Below are positions 9,350-18,722 of a DNA stretch of 62,138 nucleotides, piece by piece. Origin of the DNA: an uncultured archaeon (GTDB taxonomy: Archaea; Asgardarchaeota; Thorarchaeia; Thorarchaeales; Thorarchaeaceae); the NCBI GenBank assembly GCA_964558645.1, contig CAZLEV010000015.1, positions 1-62,138 on the forward strand, in the 5' to 3' direction. A program made the position numbers and the translations under genes. Below the pieces are notes generated by a model. The model made no database searches. It saw only the letters and a program-made list of their open reading frames with translations, and was not told the origin of the DNA. The first letter of the stretch is position 1. Each line of letters begins with the position of its first letter.

Positions 9350-10561
9350 TTACGAGCACATCCTGTGCAGTATCATGTTTCGGATGATATCGGGAATCTC
9401 GGCGGGAAGCTTCCGCATGACAGTAGCCGGAAGATCGGAGTACCCCAACTCTCCCCTAGCCAACATGGCCATTATCTCCGAAGAAAAACTGAGTTTGGAG
9501 GCCTGCCGCAGGACAGAAGCTGCGAATTCGGTTCCTCTCAGTGCTGCCCAGCGGGCCAACTCAAAGTCTGAGGAAAACGCCCGTCTGCATCGCTCATCAT
9601 ATCTCAATAGATGCTCCTCTGACGAATGCCCCTCTTCCAACAACTGGTAGATCACTTCAGCTGCAAACTGACCGGACCTCATGGCATAGGCTATTCCCTC
9701 ACCCATCATTGGATCTACGAAACCAGCAGCATCTCCAACCAGAACACATCTATCTGTGACATTCTTGTGGTCAAGGCCACCTCCGCCGAGGAAATATGTA
9801 CGTCGCCTCTCAGGATTCAACTCGAAACCAAATCTTTGTTCCAGCAATCCCACAAATTCGTCGAAGTCAGGACGCAGTCTTCTCATGTGTACTGCTGCTC
9901 CAGCGATTCCGATATCTAGATGGTCGCGTTTCGGAAATACCCAGCCGTAGCTCACCTTGCCTCTTTGGAGATAGATTTGAAGAATGTCAACCCGACCATC
10001 ACAGGCCTCTTTGACCCTTTCCTCACCAACTACAAAGTCTGCTTCCATGCCAAGACCCACCTCCGTGAGGTCCTTCTTTTCGGGTCTCAGCCCCAAGGCA
10101 CGGCTCACGACGGAGTTGACCCCATCTGCTCCAATAACGAATTCGGAAACGTATTCTCTACCATTCCTTGTTCTTACCAGAACATGGTCAGAGCTCACCG
10201 ATACGTCTTCTACAGGCGTTTCCTCCTCCAAGGCAGCACCGGCCCTTTCCGCGCGCCTTGCCAGGTATTCGTCGAATCTCGATCTCTGCGTAGTAACACC
10301 GATGAGTCGCTTCGAAGAAAACTCCGCCATGTTTCCGTCGGGAAAGACAAATCTAAGACCATAAATTCCCCGTTCAACTAGCCGCCGGGGAAGCTCACCT
10401 CTCAGGATGTGGATGCCTCTGTACATCAGAGCCCCTCCACAAGGCTTGTCGCGAGGGAAGCGACACTTCTCTAAGACAACCACATCTGCCCCTCGGCGGG
10501 CCAGCTCATAAGCCGTGATTGCCCCAGCTGGACCAGCTCCCACCACAACCACTTGGTTCAT
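9350..10561 (-). CDS. Geranylgeranyl reductase family FAD oxidoreductase
   Basis: GAGPAG, DKPCGG, YGWVFPK, GDAAGFVDPMMGEGI. Confidence 0.92.
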   Translation of the reverse strand: MNQVVVVGAGPAGAITAYELARRGADVVVLEKCRFPRDKPCGGALMYRGIHILRGELPRRLVERGIYGLRFVFPDGNMAEFSSKRLIGVTTQRSRFDEYLARRAERAGAALEEETPVEDVSVSSDHVLVRTRNGREYVSEFVIGADGVNSVVSRALGLRPEKKDLTEVGLGMEADFVVGEERVKEACDGRVDILQIYLQRGKVSYGWVFPKRDHLDIGIAGAAVHMRRLRPDFDEFVGLLEQRFGFELNPERRRTYFLGGGGLDHKNVTDRCVLVGDAAGFVDPMMGEGIAYAMRSGQFAAEVIYQLLEEGHSSEEHLLRYDERCRRAFSSDFELARWAALRGTEFAASVLRQASKLSFSSEIMAMLARGELGYSDLPATVMRKLPAEIPDIIRNMILHRMCS

Positions 10562-10661
10562 CTCGCCAATACAGCCTCCCTAGTACCAACTCAGGCGGAT
10601 GTTTGACCCACCACCTATGGCATTCACATGCTTCCACGTATATAATGATTCACATCAGCGA

Positions 10662-10793
10662 GGCTCTGTGTGAAAAGTCAGTAATCGTGAATCAACTAGG
10701 TCAGAAAGAGGGACTGTGATACTAGGATTCGTACATGAATCACTGGATAAATTCCATTCAGCTATCTTTTTCATGGACTTTTCACACAGCACC
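10662..10793. mobile_element. 132-bp MITE with 18-bp TIRs and a 9-bp TSD
   Basis: TIRs GGCTCTGTGTGAAAAGTC / GGTGCTGTGTGAAAAGTC (16/18), flanked by CATCAGCGA at 10653-10661 and 10794-10802. Confidence 0.85.
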
Positions 10794-10866
10794 CATCAGC
10801 GAGGACCAAAAGATGGATGACATGGACATTCGGGGTGTCACCATTATCAAGATGCTCTCCTACCAA

Positions 10867-11056
10867 ACGTTCATTGTGTGCTGGCCACACTTGGATTCCA
10901 GGTAGTTGCCCCCCTCAGGTAACGGTACGGGGTGGTCTCTATCGTGGTCAGCGATGCTGTGTGAGTGACCAGCTCTCAGTCATGGACTGGAGTATATGAA
11001 TTCCTGCGCTGAGATGCCCAACTTTGTCCACGTTTAGGGTAGCTGTTGGTATATCC
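10867..11056 (-). mobile_element. Dispersed non-coding element, copy A (IS607-like non-autonomous)
   Basis: Colinear with the copies at 40092, 41323, 48192, 52637 and 56938; starts GGATATACCAACAGCT, ends CAATGAACG. Confidence 0.8.
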
Positions 11057-11062
11057 GTGGTA

Positions 11063-11713
11063 CTAGATATCTCGACAGTCCTTACAGCCGGGACGCGGTC
11101 TAAGTCCGAGATGACGCATTATCTTTCCACCAGGCATCCTTGTTTCTTCACCATCTTCATCATCAGACGACTCTACTGGCACGTCTCGTCGGCCAACCTG
11201 TTTGAAACCATATGCAGTGATGAGTAGCCGGGATGGTCGATTTTCCTCGTAGACCTCACAGTAGATCTCTTCTACACCTGCTTCGAGAAAGTACTCGGAT
11301 GCTCTCTGAATCAATGCAGTAGCTATTCCTCGACGTCTACGAGAGGGGAGTACTCCGATACCTGTGATTTCACCATATGTGGACTCTTCATCCTTCTCCA
11401 CAAAACAGGCAATGAACCCCGAGAGGTCCCCCCCGAGTAAGGCAACAAATATGCCATCGGTATCGAGCTTCTTGGCATCTTCCAGAGTTAGTGGACAGAA
11501 AGGGTCAGGCGAGGCGATGAAACAGCGATTGTAGAGCTCAACAAATCCTTCCATCTCATCTTGACGAAGCTTTCTGACCGTGATATACGTCGGAATGTCT
11601 TTGTCCTTCCACCATTCACTGGCCAGTTCCAGTGCCTCTTTAGCATCTGCCTTCATAATCAAGTAAGAGTGCACGGAAGTATCCGTCTTAGACTCAACTC
11701 CATCTGCCGCCAT
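11063..11713 (-). CDS. GNAT N-acetyltransferase
   Basis: IGVLPSRRRRGIATALI motif A; C-terminal CxxC. Confidence 0.88.
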   Translation of the reverse strand: MAADGVESKTDTSVHSYLIMKADAKEALELASEWWKDKDIPTYITVRKLRQDEMEGFVELYNRCFIASPDPFCPLTLEDAKKLDTDGIFVALLGGDLSGFIACFVEKDEESTYGEITGIGVLPSRRRRGIATALIQRASEYFLEAGVEEIYCEVYEENRPSRLLITAYGFKQVGRRDVPVESSDDEDGEETRMPGGKIMRHLGLRPRPGCKDCRDI

Positions 11714-11775
11714 CAGCCAGTCCTCTATTGGTGCTGTGTGATCATAGATAACAATCTGCTGATTGTTTGCATCGC

Positions 11776-12540
11776 CTACTCCGATAAGAGTAAGTCTATG
11801 GCTGCCACCGTTGCCTGTATCGACTTCTCAACAGCCTCGATCAACAGAGGGTTCTGTTCGCCCGTTTCTTCACTCTCGTCGTCCTGTTCGCCCTTTTGCC
11901 CACCGTGAAGATTACCGTCGCAGGATAGAATAGATGCGGCCTCAAGACCATGGGTGCTTGCAAACACGTATACGAGCGAGCTCTCCATCTCAACACACTT
12001 GACACGCGCCTTTGTCCAGATGTCTAGCTCGCCTGCAAGCCGATCAGCATAGTAGACGTCACTTGTCCAGCAGATTCCTGTATGAACGCGGTCAGGTGGC
12101 AGCAGCTTGACAATCTCCCCATGAAGTGCTTCAAACCAACTGTGCGAAGCCACCGCAGGATACTCAATGGGAGCATAGTTGAGACTGGTCCGTTCATCTC
12201 GAATGCATCCAGTTGGAACAACAACATCTCCCACCACAACCTGAGGGTCTATACCCCCACAGGAACCAATACGGATTATGACCTCGGCTCCTAGCTTAGC
12301 AAGTTCTTCTATGCAGATATGAGTCGAAGGTGTCCCGATGCCAGTGCCTGAAACCGTCACGGGAACCCCTTGGGGTGTATACGCTCGATAGGTCACAAAC
12401 CCTCGATATCGAGCAATCTCTTCCGCATCGCTCATTGCAGACGCGATCTTGGGAACTCTATCAGGATTCCCTGCAATCAATGCTATTCGTTCTACGTCAC
12501 CGTATCCAACACGGAGATGCGGCTGAATTCGACGCTTCAA
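11776..12540 (-). CDS. Uridine/purine nucleoside phosphorylase (PNP_UDP_1)
   Basis: GTGIGTPS, IRIGSCGG, VEMES; TTG start at 12540 preferred. Confidence 0.9.
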   Translation of the reverse strand: MKRRIQPHLRVGYGDVERIALIAGNPDRVPKIASAMSDAEEIARYRGFVTYRAYTPQGVPVTVSGTGIGTPSTHICIEELAKLGAEVIIRIGSCGGIDPQVVVGDVVVPTGCIRDERTSLNYAPIEYPAVASHSWFEALHGEIVKLLPPDRVHTGICWTSDVYYADRLAGELDIWTKARVKCVEMESSLVYVFASTHGLEAASILSCDGNLHGGQKGEQDDESEETGEQNPLLIEAVEKSIQATVAAIDLLLSE

Positions 12541-13076
12541 GTCAGACACCGGGTAACAGATGCTACTTGCTCCCCTTTTCACTGTTCGGTTCCTGAATAA
12601 CTGGGCGAAGGCTGGGCGGATTCCATTCTCTTCATCACGCAATCAACGCAAACCCACTGACCAGCTATCAGGAAAGTTCTTCCTAGATACACGAGAGATT
12701 TGCGGCATATAGAGCAGGGATTCAGCGAGTCAGAGTAGTTCTCAGACAGGTATACCAGTAGAAGGGATATGAGTTTCCTGCGTCCAGACAGCGTTTGCAC
12801 AACATTAGCATCCTTTCCAATGCATCTGCATGATTCCTTATTAGCTCCGAGAACATGATTTTGATTCACTCATCTCCAGAGAGACCTTATGTGATCATTT
12901 TGCGAGCATCTGTTATTTCCTGGTTTGCACGACCTACCTGTCCATCCGAGTCTGAATGACGGAGGTACGGAACTGATAAGTGTCCACGAACAAGCCCCCA
13001 GTGAACGCAAGCTTTCCCTCTGGACATGTATTCTCCGTGGATGTCCCAATTGCTGGTCTGGACTGATGGTCATTCA

Positions 13077-14381
13077 CTAGCAATGATAGAATGGAGCATG
13101 ACTCTCCTTCTTTGGAAAGAGGCTTTCAACCAACCCACGTATTCTACCACTCACAATGAAGTCCGAATTCATCTCGCTTAGTTCCTTCACACTATTCTGA
13201 CCAAGCAAGAGCCTGACGAAGTCCCGACGCATGCTTCTGAATTCAGTATGCTTGTCGTGTCCTTGAAAGCCGATATTCTCCACAGATGTGATTTGACCCT
13301 CAACAAAGTTGAGTATGTAGCAGTCGCGATAGGTATTGATGGCGAACTCTCTCGTGAGAGACTCATACATCGTGCCTTCCAGGCGCCCCTCAAGAACTGG
13401 AATCACCTTTCTCAGGAACCCAGTCACATCAGGAATCCTGACCTGGTAACGCCAACCACGACTCATCTGCCCTCCTAAATCTAGACCAACTTGGCTCATA
13501 TTGCAGACTTGAGTACCCGGAAGGGCAATGCTGCACACATCATTATCCTTTGCCAGTTCACGAACATGGGTGAGTGCGCGTAAGACAGCAGAGTAGCTGC
13601 GTACACTGCTCTCTAGGACATCGACAAGGTGTATGCTCTCGGCGTCTTTCTCTCGTCGAAGTGCAACACGGAAATAACCGATAATCCCGCCCGCATCCTC
13701 CAACACGTGGGTGGTGAAGGGCTGTGCATATTCTTTTTGATTCGTTTCTTGTTGCTCCCAGAGAGACGTTGAACGCTCTGAGCTGATAAGAAGACGGTCA
13801 CAGAAGTGCTCATAGAGTGCCATCATATGCGGTATGTCCTCAGTGGTTGCATGACGGATCTTAAGGGACACAAGAGTAGGAAAATCGTCCACAAGCGTAT
13901 CCGGGATTTGATCAGGCCTTATGTAGACACCACGTCCTAGAGGAATGATGAAATCGTAGTCGAATTGACGGTAGAAGAAGGGGATCCCTGCAATAGTGGA
14001 AATGTCGTAGTTGCCTTTCTTTAGAACTCTGTCGAAGTACTGATACAGAAGCGCCACGAGGCCCTTTCGCCTGTACTCTTCAGTGGTTCCAACAAAGCCC
14101 AGCTCCAGGTTCCTAAGCGGGATGCCTTCGTAGGACCAGACACTGGGGATTGCATTGAGAGAGGACACAATCTTGCCGCTATCGCTCTCACAAATGTAGT
14201 AGTTCATCTCCCTAGCAAACTCTGGGAGACATTCAATCATTCGACGAAGGGCTTCAGCATCCTCATCCCCGTGAATGGTGGCATTGAACTCGATTAGCTG
14301 CTCCAGTTCCTGGTCGGTTTCCACAACGCCGAATTCTAGACCGTCGGGAATGTCCAACCCATCAACATATTTCACGGTCAT
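13077..14381 (-). CDS. Eis-like GNAT acetyltransferase
   Basis: FVGTTEEYRRKGL, GIPFFYRQFDY; tandem-GNAT length. Confidence 0.8.
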   Translation of the reverse strand: MTVKYVDGLDIPDGLEFGVVETDQELEQLIEFNATIHGDEDAEALRRMIECLPEFAREMNYYICESDSGKIVSSLNAIPSVWSYEGIPLRNLELGFVGTTEEYRRKGLVALLYQYFDRVLKKGNYDISTIAGIPFFYRQFDYDFIIPLGRGVYIRPDQIPDTLVDDFPTLVSLKIRHATTEDIPHMMALYEHFCDRLLISSERSTSLWEQQETNQKEYAQPFTTHVLEDAGGIIGYFRVALRREKDAESIHLVDVLESSVRSYSAVLRALTHVRELAKDNDVCSIALPGTQVCNMSQVGLDLGGQMSRGWRYQVRIPDVTGFLRKVIPVLEGRLEGTMYESLTREFAINTYRDCYILNFVEGQITSVENIGFQGHDKHTEFRSMRRDFVRLLLGQNSVKELSEMNSDFIVSGRIRGLVESLFPKKESHAPFYHC

Positions 14382-14455
14382 GATAGACTCATCTCCATGA
14401 GTGTCCCGACCATCACATCTCTGCTTAAGAAGGATGTGAAGAAGACCGCACCGTA

Positions 14456-15130
14456 TCAGCTAGCCTTCAGGTGGTATTCACATAGATTCGTGAGGGGACA
14501 GGCTTGGCACCGAGGGGAAATCCTCAAACATACTAATGCCACAAGGTCAATCATTCCCCAGTATAGTCGCCTGTCATGGTCGGGTTGACCAATATGGCCG
14601 ACCAGTGTCCAGATGGTTTCATTATCAGAAGAAGCTACCTCTAGACCGAAGAATCGTGAGACTAGATGAGCGATGTTACTGTCCACCATGGGCACAGACT
14701 GACCGAAGGCGAAATTGAGGATTGCTGCAGCACTATAGCGCCCGAGTCCCGGAAGCGTGCACAAGATGTCGATATCATCCGGCACCGCTCCTCCGTGCTC
14801 ATCCTGGATTATCTTGGATGTCCGAGATAGATGCATTGCCCTGACTCTCTGGAGACCCAAGCTCTTGACCGCCCTCTGAATCTCAGCCAGCTCGGCCTGT
14901 GCCAATTCCTCGATACAGCCGAACCTGTCAAGGAAAGCTGGGTATACCCGTTCTACTGCCGTGGCCGTGGTGCGCCGCAGAAGCATCTCGGCAATTAGAA
15001 TACGATATGGCGTTGCATCTTCACGCCACGGGTAGTCACGGCCATTGTCAACAAACCAGGAAACTACGGACGCCCTGAATCTGCCGAGAGTCTTCTTATC
15101 GGGTATTCCTGCAGAAGGCAATCTCATCAA
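14456..15130 (-). CDS. HhH-GPD DNA glycosylase, Mig/TDG (T:G mismatch) or MutY-like, with 4Fe-4S
   Basis: EMLLRRTT (Mig-type; MutY has LQQT), LPGLGRYSA HhH, C-x6-C-x2-C-x5-C. Confidence 0.85.
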   Translation of the reverse strand: MMRLPSAGIPDKKTLGRFRASVVSWFVDNGRDYPWREDATPYRILIAEMLLRRTTATAVERVYPAFLDRFGCIEELAQAELAEIQRAVKSLGLQRVRAMHLSRTSKIIQDEHGGAVPDDIDILCTLPGLGRYSAAAILNFAFGQSVPMVDSNIAHLVSRFFGLEVASSDNETIWTLVGHIGQPDHDRRLYWGMIDLVALVCLRISPRCQACPLTNLCEYHLKAS

Positions 15131-15143
15131 TGTCCCTGTGGTT

Positions 15144-16574
15144 TCAAGTCATATAGCGGGAGAGGTCTAGCTGATATGGGTCGATATCCCAGTCGTCACG
15201 TCCATAGGACCACTCTGCGGCGAAGTCGGTCGTTCCTCGCGATCCTTTCACCCTTACAGTCATGATTGGCTGAACCAGATCGATATCCGGACGTTCTTCT
15301 AGATGCTTGAATGTATTGTAGTATTGGACTTGGTGTTTACCAGGAACGGTCAACCATACGATTATTCCCTCAGCCGACACGAAATAGGTGGCTTGTGGTA
15401 CAAGAGCCAGAAGGCGCAGGATGTAATCCCGGCCATGTTCATTGCATATTATCTCGAAACAGAAACTGGAGTCGAGTCCTAGTCCATCGAAGCTGATATA
15501 TGGCAAGACGATTCCCCGTTTCTTGAGCCGCTTCACAACCCCGCCCACCTCTGCCGCATCAAAATCGAACCCTCTTGTCCGAAGATTTCTAGCTAACTTA
15601 CTAGGTTGTGCACGGTAATCAAGTTTCAATTGGCTGCCGACCACAAAATCGATGGGCGAGAATCCTTCAACTGGGCCACGGCACCTGAGCATATAGCGGT
15701 CAAGGCTCTCCACTGGAATCTCGTCGCCCCCATGGAAACCCAGATGTTCGGAGAGAGCCCACTCATTGTTTTTCAGGAGACTGAAATTATACCTCTGGCC
15801 TGTCGCTTGCTGCACGTGGATAGTTGCGTAATCGAAGATGTTATGCGTGAGCTTGGAAACACTGCGACTGAAAGATGAAATCCGTTCTTCTCCTCCCGGG
15901 AAGAGAAATGTCGCGTAGCCCAAATCGGTCATTGTCGTCTTCAGAATGGTTTTTGTGAAGGGGAAATGAGCCAGACCCATCTCTATGTTCGGCCAGTCGG
16001 CGTCATCCTGTAACCTAAAGAATACTACAACTGAATTTATCCCAAAAGCGGTCGTATCTAGGAAGCAGGAAAAGCGGAGGTATACCCGTTCTGTCAGACG
16101 CTTCAGGGATCGCGTTACAGTCCGAGATGAAATACCCAGATGACGAGAAGCATCCACCGTCGATGAGTCCGGATTCTTGGCAAAATATGCAAGGGTACTC
16201 AGGTCACTGGCTGCAATCGGGGTTTCGGGCATCAAGAAAGCAAAAGTAAGCGCGGACCTCACTGAATCGACATTGTTGAGGTTATACTTCTTGAGCGTTC
16301 TCAGGTTGTCGATAATTCTCTCTTTCACAACCTCGTTCAGAGGAACGCCGGTGGGATTGAAGGGATACTTTGTATATTCTGGGTTTCCCTTGAGCTCTGA
16401 AACACCCTTGGAGGCAAGATCGAAAGATATAGTCCCGGAACACAGACCGAGATAGATACGCATGGCATCAAGATAGAATCTCACGGTTTCGTCAGTTGTA
16501 GTGGGGACTATGTCGTCGTAGGGTGTCACAATTTGTGACAAGGCGTCTCGTTTGATATCCACGTGGTGTCCCAC
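15144..16574 (-). CDS. Multi-domain wHTH/Lrp-like regulator (tandem HTH-ligand domains)
   Basis: ASRHLGISSRTVTRSLKRL HTH, a second HTH (VVKRLKKRGIV), and FG/LG linker to a RAM-like domain. Confidence 0.65.
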   Translation of the reverse strand: MGHHVDIKRDALSQIVTPYDDIVPTTTDETVRFYLDAMRIYLGLCSGTISFDLASKGVSELKGNPEYTKYPFNPTGVPLNEVVKERIIDNLRTLKKYNLNNVDSVRSALTFAFLMPETPIAASDLSTLAYFAKNPDSSTVDASRHLGISSRTVTRSLKRLTERVYLRFSCFLDTTAFGINSVVVFFRLQDDADWPNIEMGLAHFPFTKTILKTTMTDLGYATFLFPGGEERISSFSRSVSKLTHNIFDYATIHVQQATGQRYNFSLLKNNEWALSEHLGFHGGDEIPVESLDRYMLRCRGPVEGFSPIDFVVGSQLKLDYRAQPSKLARNLRTRGFDFDAAEVGGVVKRLKKRGIVLPYISFDGLGLDSSFCFEIICNEHGRDYILRLLALVPQATYFVSAEGIIVWLTVPGKHQVQYYNTFKHLEERPDIDLVQPIMTVRVKGSRGTTDFAAEWSYGRDDWDIDPYQLDLSRYMT

Positions 16575-16599
16575 CTTGGTTAGGACGCTGCTATACTAA

Positions 16600-17652
16600 T
16601 CAAAAGAGGTACGGCAGAACGTCCACTAATCCTTTTCTGATAATTCGTGCTTCCGTTATGAATGTAGATACTTGCGCGTCTGACTTAAGCATGTTGGATA
16701 GCGAAATTGAGAATCCAAACCAATCGGAGGCGCTAGGTAGGCTGATATCCATTGCCACAAGTCGACTCCCCGAGAGAATCCTAGCTCTTGGTAATACATG
16801 TCCCTGAGAGTGCAAGAGCCTTGAAACGTTGCTACCCCTAGTAAGATCATTGACACAAGTAAGGATGCTTGGTCCGAGTCCTATGTTCTGAATCTCTATA
16901 TAGGGGCGAGCCAGACTTCCTCTATAATCAGAGAGCCTTCTTCGGATTGTCCTGAGTGAGGAGGGCGAGAGGCCAAGAGTGAGCATGTAATCATAGACCT
17001 GAGCAGCACTGGTGTAGTAATCACTCTCGAGGCATGCGCCGGTTGCCAAGAAATCAGGTGAAACTTCTTTCGATGGTCCTTGGTCGAGCCGAGCGTTAGC
17101 TGGAAGAATCTCTGAGAACTCCCGTGCTGCGTCGATTGATGCTTCAAACCTGAAATCAGTCGTGAAGTCCCAGCTACTGCCATTGAAGAGCCCAAGGTTC
17201 AGGTGCTCCGTGATGGTCGAAACAGGTTCGCACTCAATGGTCAGATTGTAGGGACGTTTCTCAAACTTCGCCAGTTTCTCTAAGAAGTCGGAATGGTGTG
17301 TTCCAAGAGGCAAGAGCGCTTCGAAATACACTCTCTCGTCTGTCTTAGTACTCATGAGCGCGTCTGCCTTGGCTATGACAAACGGATTTGCATCGAGCCA
17401 TCTGGAGAACTTCTTAACGGCAGCTGCATCTTCCTCACTCCATGCCCAACCAATAAGTATCGAGAAGCCAAGGAGGTAGTAGTCCAAAAGACTACGAACA
17501 CGTAGTTTCCGTTCATCCACCAATCGATGCCATATCTGGCTCACCGCAGATCGACTGACACCAAGCTGTTCTGCAATACCAATTTGTCTCTCTGTAGGGT
17601 TGATAGCCAAGCGCCTCAGCACTCGGAGCTCAGAGGAACCAAGAGGTTTCAA
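16600..17652 (-). CDS. wHTH/Lrp-like regulator paralogous to the downstream gene
   Basis: IAEQLGVSRSAVSQIWHRL; shares the N-L-x-L-x-N-x-x-W and PYI...GL motifs with 15144..16574. Confidence 0.7.
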   Translation of the reverse strand: MKPLGSSELRVLRRLAINPTERQIGIAEQLGVSRSAVSQIWHRLVDERKLRVRSLLDYYLLGFSILIGWAWSEEDAAAVKKFSRWLDANPFVIAKADALMSTKTDERVYFEALLPLGTHHSDFLEKLAKFEKRPYNLTIECEPVSTITEHLNLGLFNGSSWDFTTDFRFEASIDAAREFSEILPANARLDQGPSKEVSPDFLATGACLESDYYTSAAQVYDYMLTLGLSPSSLRTIRRRLSDYRGSLARPYIEIQNIGLGPSILTCVNDLTRGSNVSRLLHSQGHVLPRARILSGSRLVAMDISLPSASDWFGFSISLSNMLKSDAQVSTFITEARIIRKGLVDVLPYLF

Positions 17653-17963
17653 ATCCAGTCATATCTGGATATACGTGGCCAGTTGTTAAGATTTTGGGTC
17701 AAGAATTCGTCAAGATTTTCGGCATGAGGGATGAAGGGCATAGGAGCGAACTCTCCCATGCAAAAGAATGCAGACAGAAGGGCAGAGATATCGATCTTTC
17801 GTACCCCGTCTCTTTTATTTAGGACTTTGGCCTTCATCTACTTGTCAGTTGGAAATGGAGTCCGACGAAGAACGGTCTCTATGAAGTGTTGCGCAAATGG
17901 AAGCCACACAGCTTCAGTGTGGACACTTAGCTAGCTGACCATCTGGCGGAAGAAGGCCAGGAG

Positions 17964-18107
17964 GTGAATACAATCAGCGCCGCAAGTATGCGAGAAGTGT
18001 ACGAGTCTCTGACTGAGAGTCGTGTTATTCTCGAGCTTTGTGCAAAGGGTGTCGGTGGCCTATCCACCATCGTGCAGCCCCCATGCGAGGATCCTTGTCC
18101 TTTCTAG
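17964..18107 (+). CDS. Small Cys/Pro-rich peptide (44-47 aa)
   Basis: GGAGGTGA at 17960-17967, then open frame ...LELCAKGVGGLSTIVQPPCEDPCPF*. Confidence 0.5.
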   Translation: MNTISAASMREVYESLTESRVILELCAKGVGGLSTIVQPPCEDPCPF

Positions 18108-18179
18108 ACTTCAGCTTTTGCTACGAGGAGACTGAGGTCGGGAAAGGCAGGCTGACGGCGTTGACTGGCCGTAAGCCGG

Positions 18180-18338
18180 ATGTGTGAAAACATCGACTTA
18201 CAGCAAAATTCACAGGAGGATGAGAGAAAAAATGACACCAGGACCATGGGAAGAACCAGAACCATTCTAAGAGAAATACTTCGAGAGATGTTGAATGAAA
18301 GAAGAAAATCGGAGGAAAAAATGATTGATAAGAAGTGA
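18180..18338 (+). CDS. Small charged helical protein (52 aa)
   Basis: MCENIDL...RTILREILREMLNERRKSEEKMIDKK*; stop overlaps the next ORF. Confidence 0.4.
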   Translation: MCENIDLQQNSQEDERKNDTRTMGRTRTILREILREMLNERRKSEEKMIDKK

Positions 18339-18576
18339 AAGCATCGACACGCTAGCATTCCTAGTTCAGCCTGAAAATGGGCGGGAAGTTGATCCCTTCA
18401 ACGACCCTGAGATTGTCAGGTTAGTAGCAGCCAACCTTGAGATGGCAGTCAGGAACCTGATGATGGCAAATTCAGCACCGGGGTGCCTTGTACTGACCGC
18501 AGACATCTGCAGTCACAAACTGGTTGCTGCTCCAAAGGCAGACGGAAGCATTAGTGTCACAGTATACGATGAGTAG
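18325..18576 (+). CDS. Hypothetical protein (83 aa)
   Basis: GGAGG upstream; globular-looking sequence. Confidence 0.65.
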   Translation: MIRSESIDTLAFLVQPENGREVDPFNDPEIVRLVAANLEMAVRNLMMANSAPGCLVLTADICSHKLVAAPKADGSISVTVYDE

Positions 18577-18722
18577 CCCGACGTCAGATTTGTCAGTGTG
18601 GATTGCCGTGCCCGAATATTGGGCCGGTAATCCTTGGCACCAAGAATTGATGGGAGGCTAAATAGCTATGTGGATACTCAAGACCGGATTGACTCGGTAT
18701 TTATGGGTCAGGAGAGTACTGC

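Noticed and set aside
10845-10866. Right flanks of copies A and B share about 11/20 nt, which might extend the element
   Set aside because: Not shared by C, D or F, and the surE insertion fixes the end at GAACGG; treated as chance or shared ancestry.
10735-10968. Apparent peptide (FIVCW..D.R*LPPSGNGTGW) with a TAG, suggesting pyrrolysine read-through or a repeated small gene
   Set aside because: Some differences between copies look synonymous on this strand, but copies B, C and D are out of frame by 1-2 nt, upstream parts are unrelated, and G-U-compatible hairpins form on the other strand. A non-coding element fits better; descent from a coding fragment is not fully excluded.
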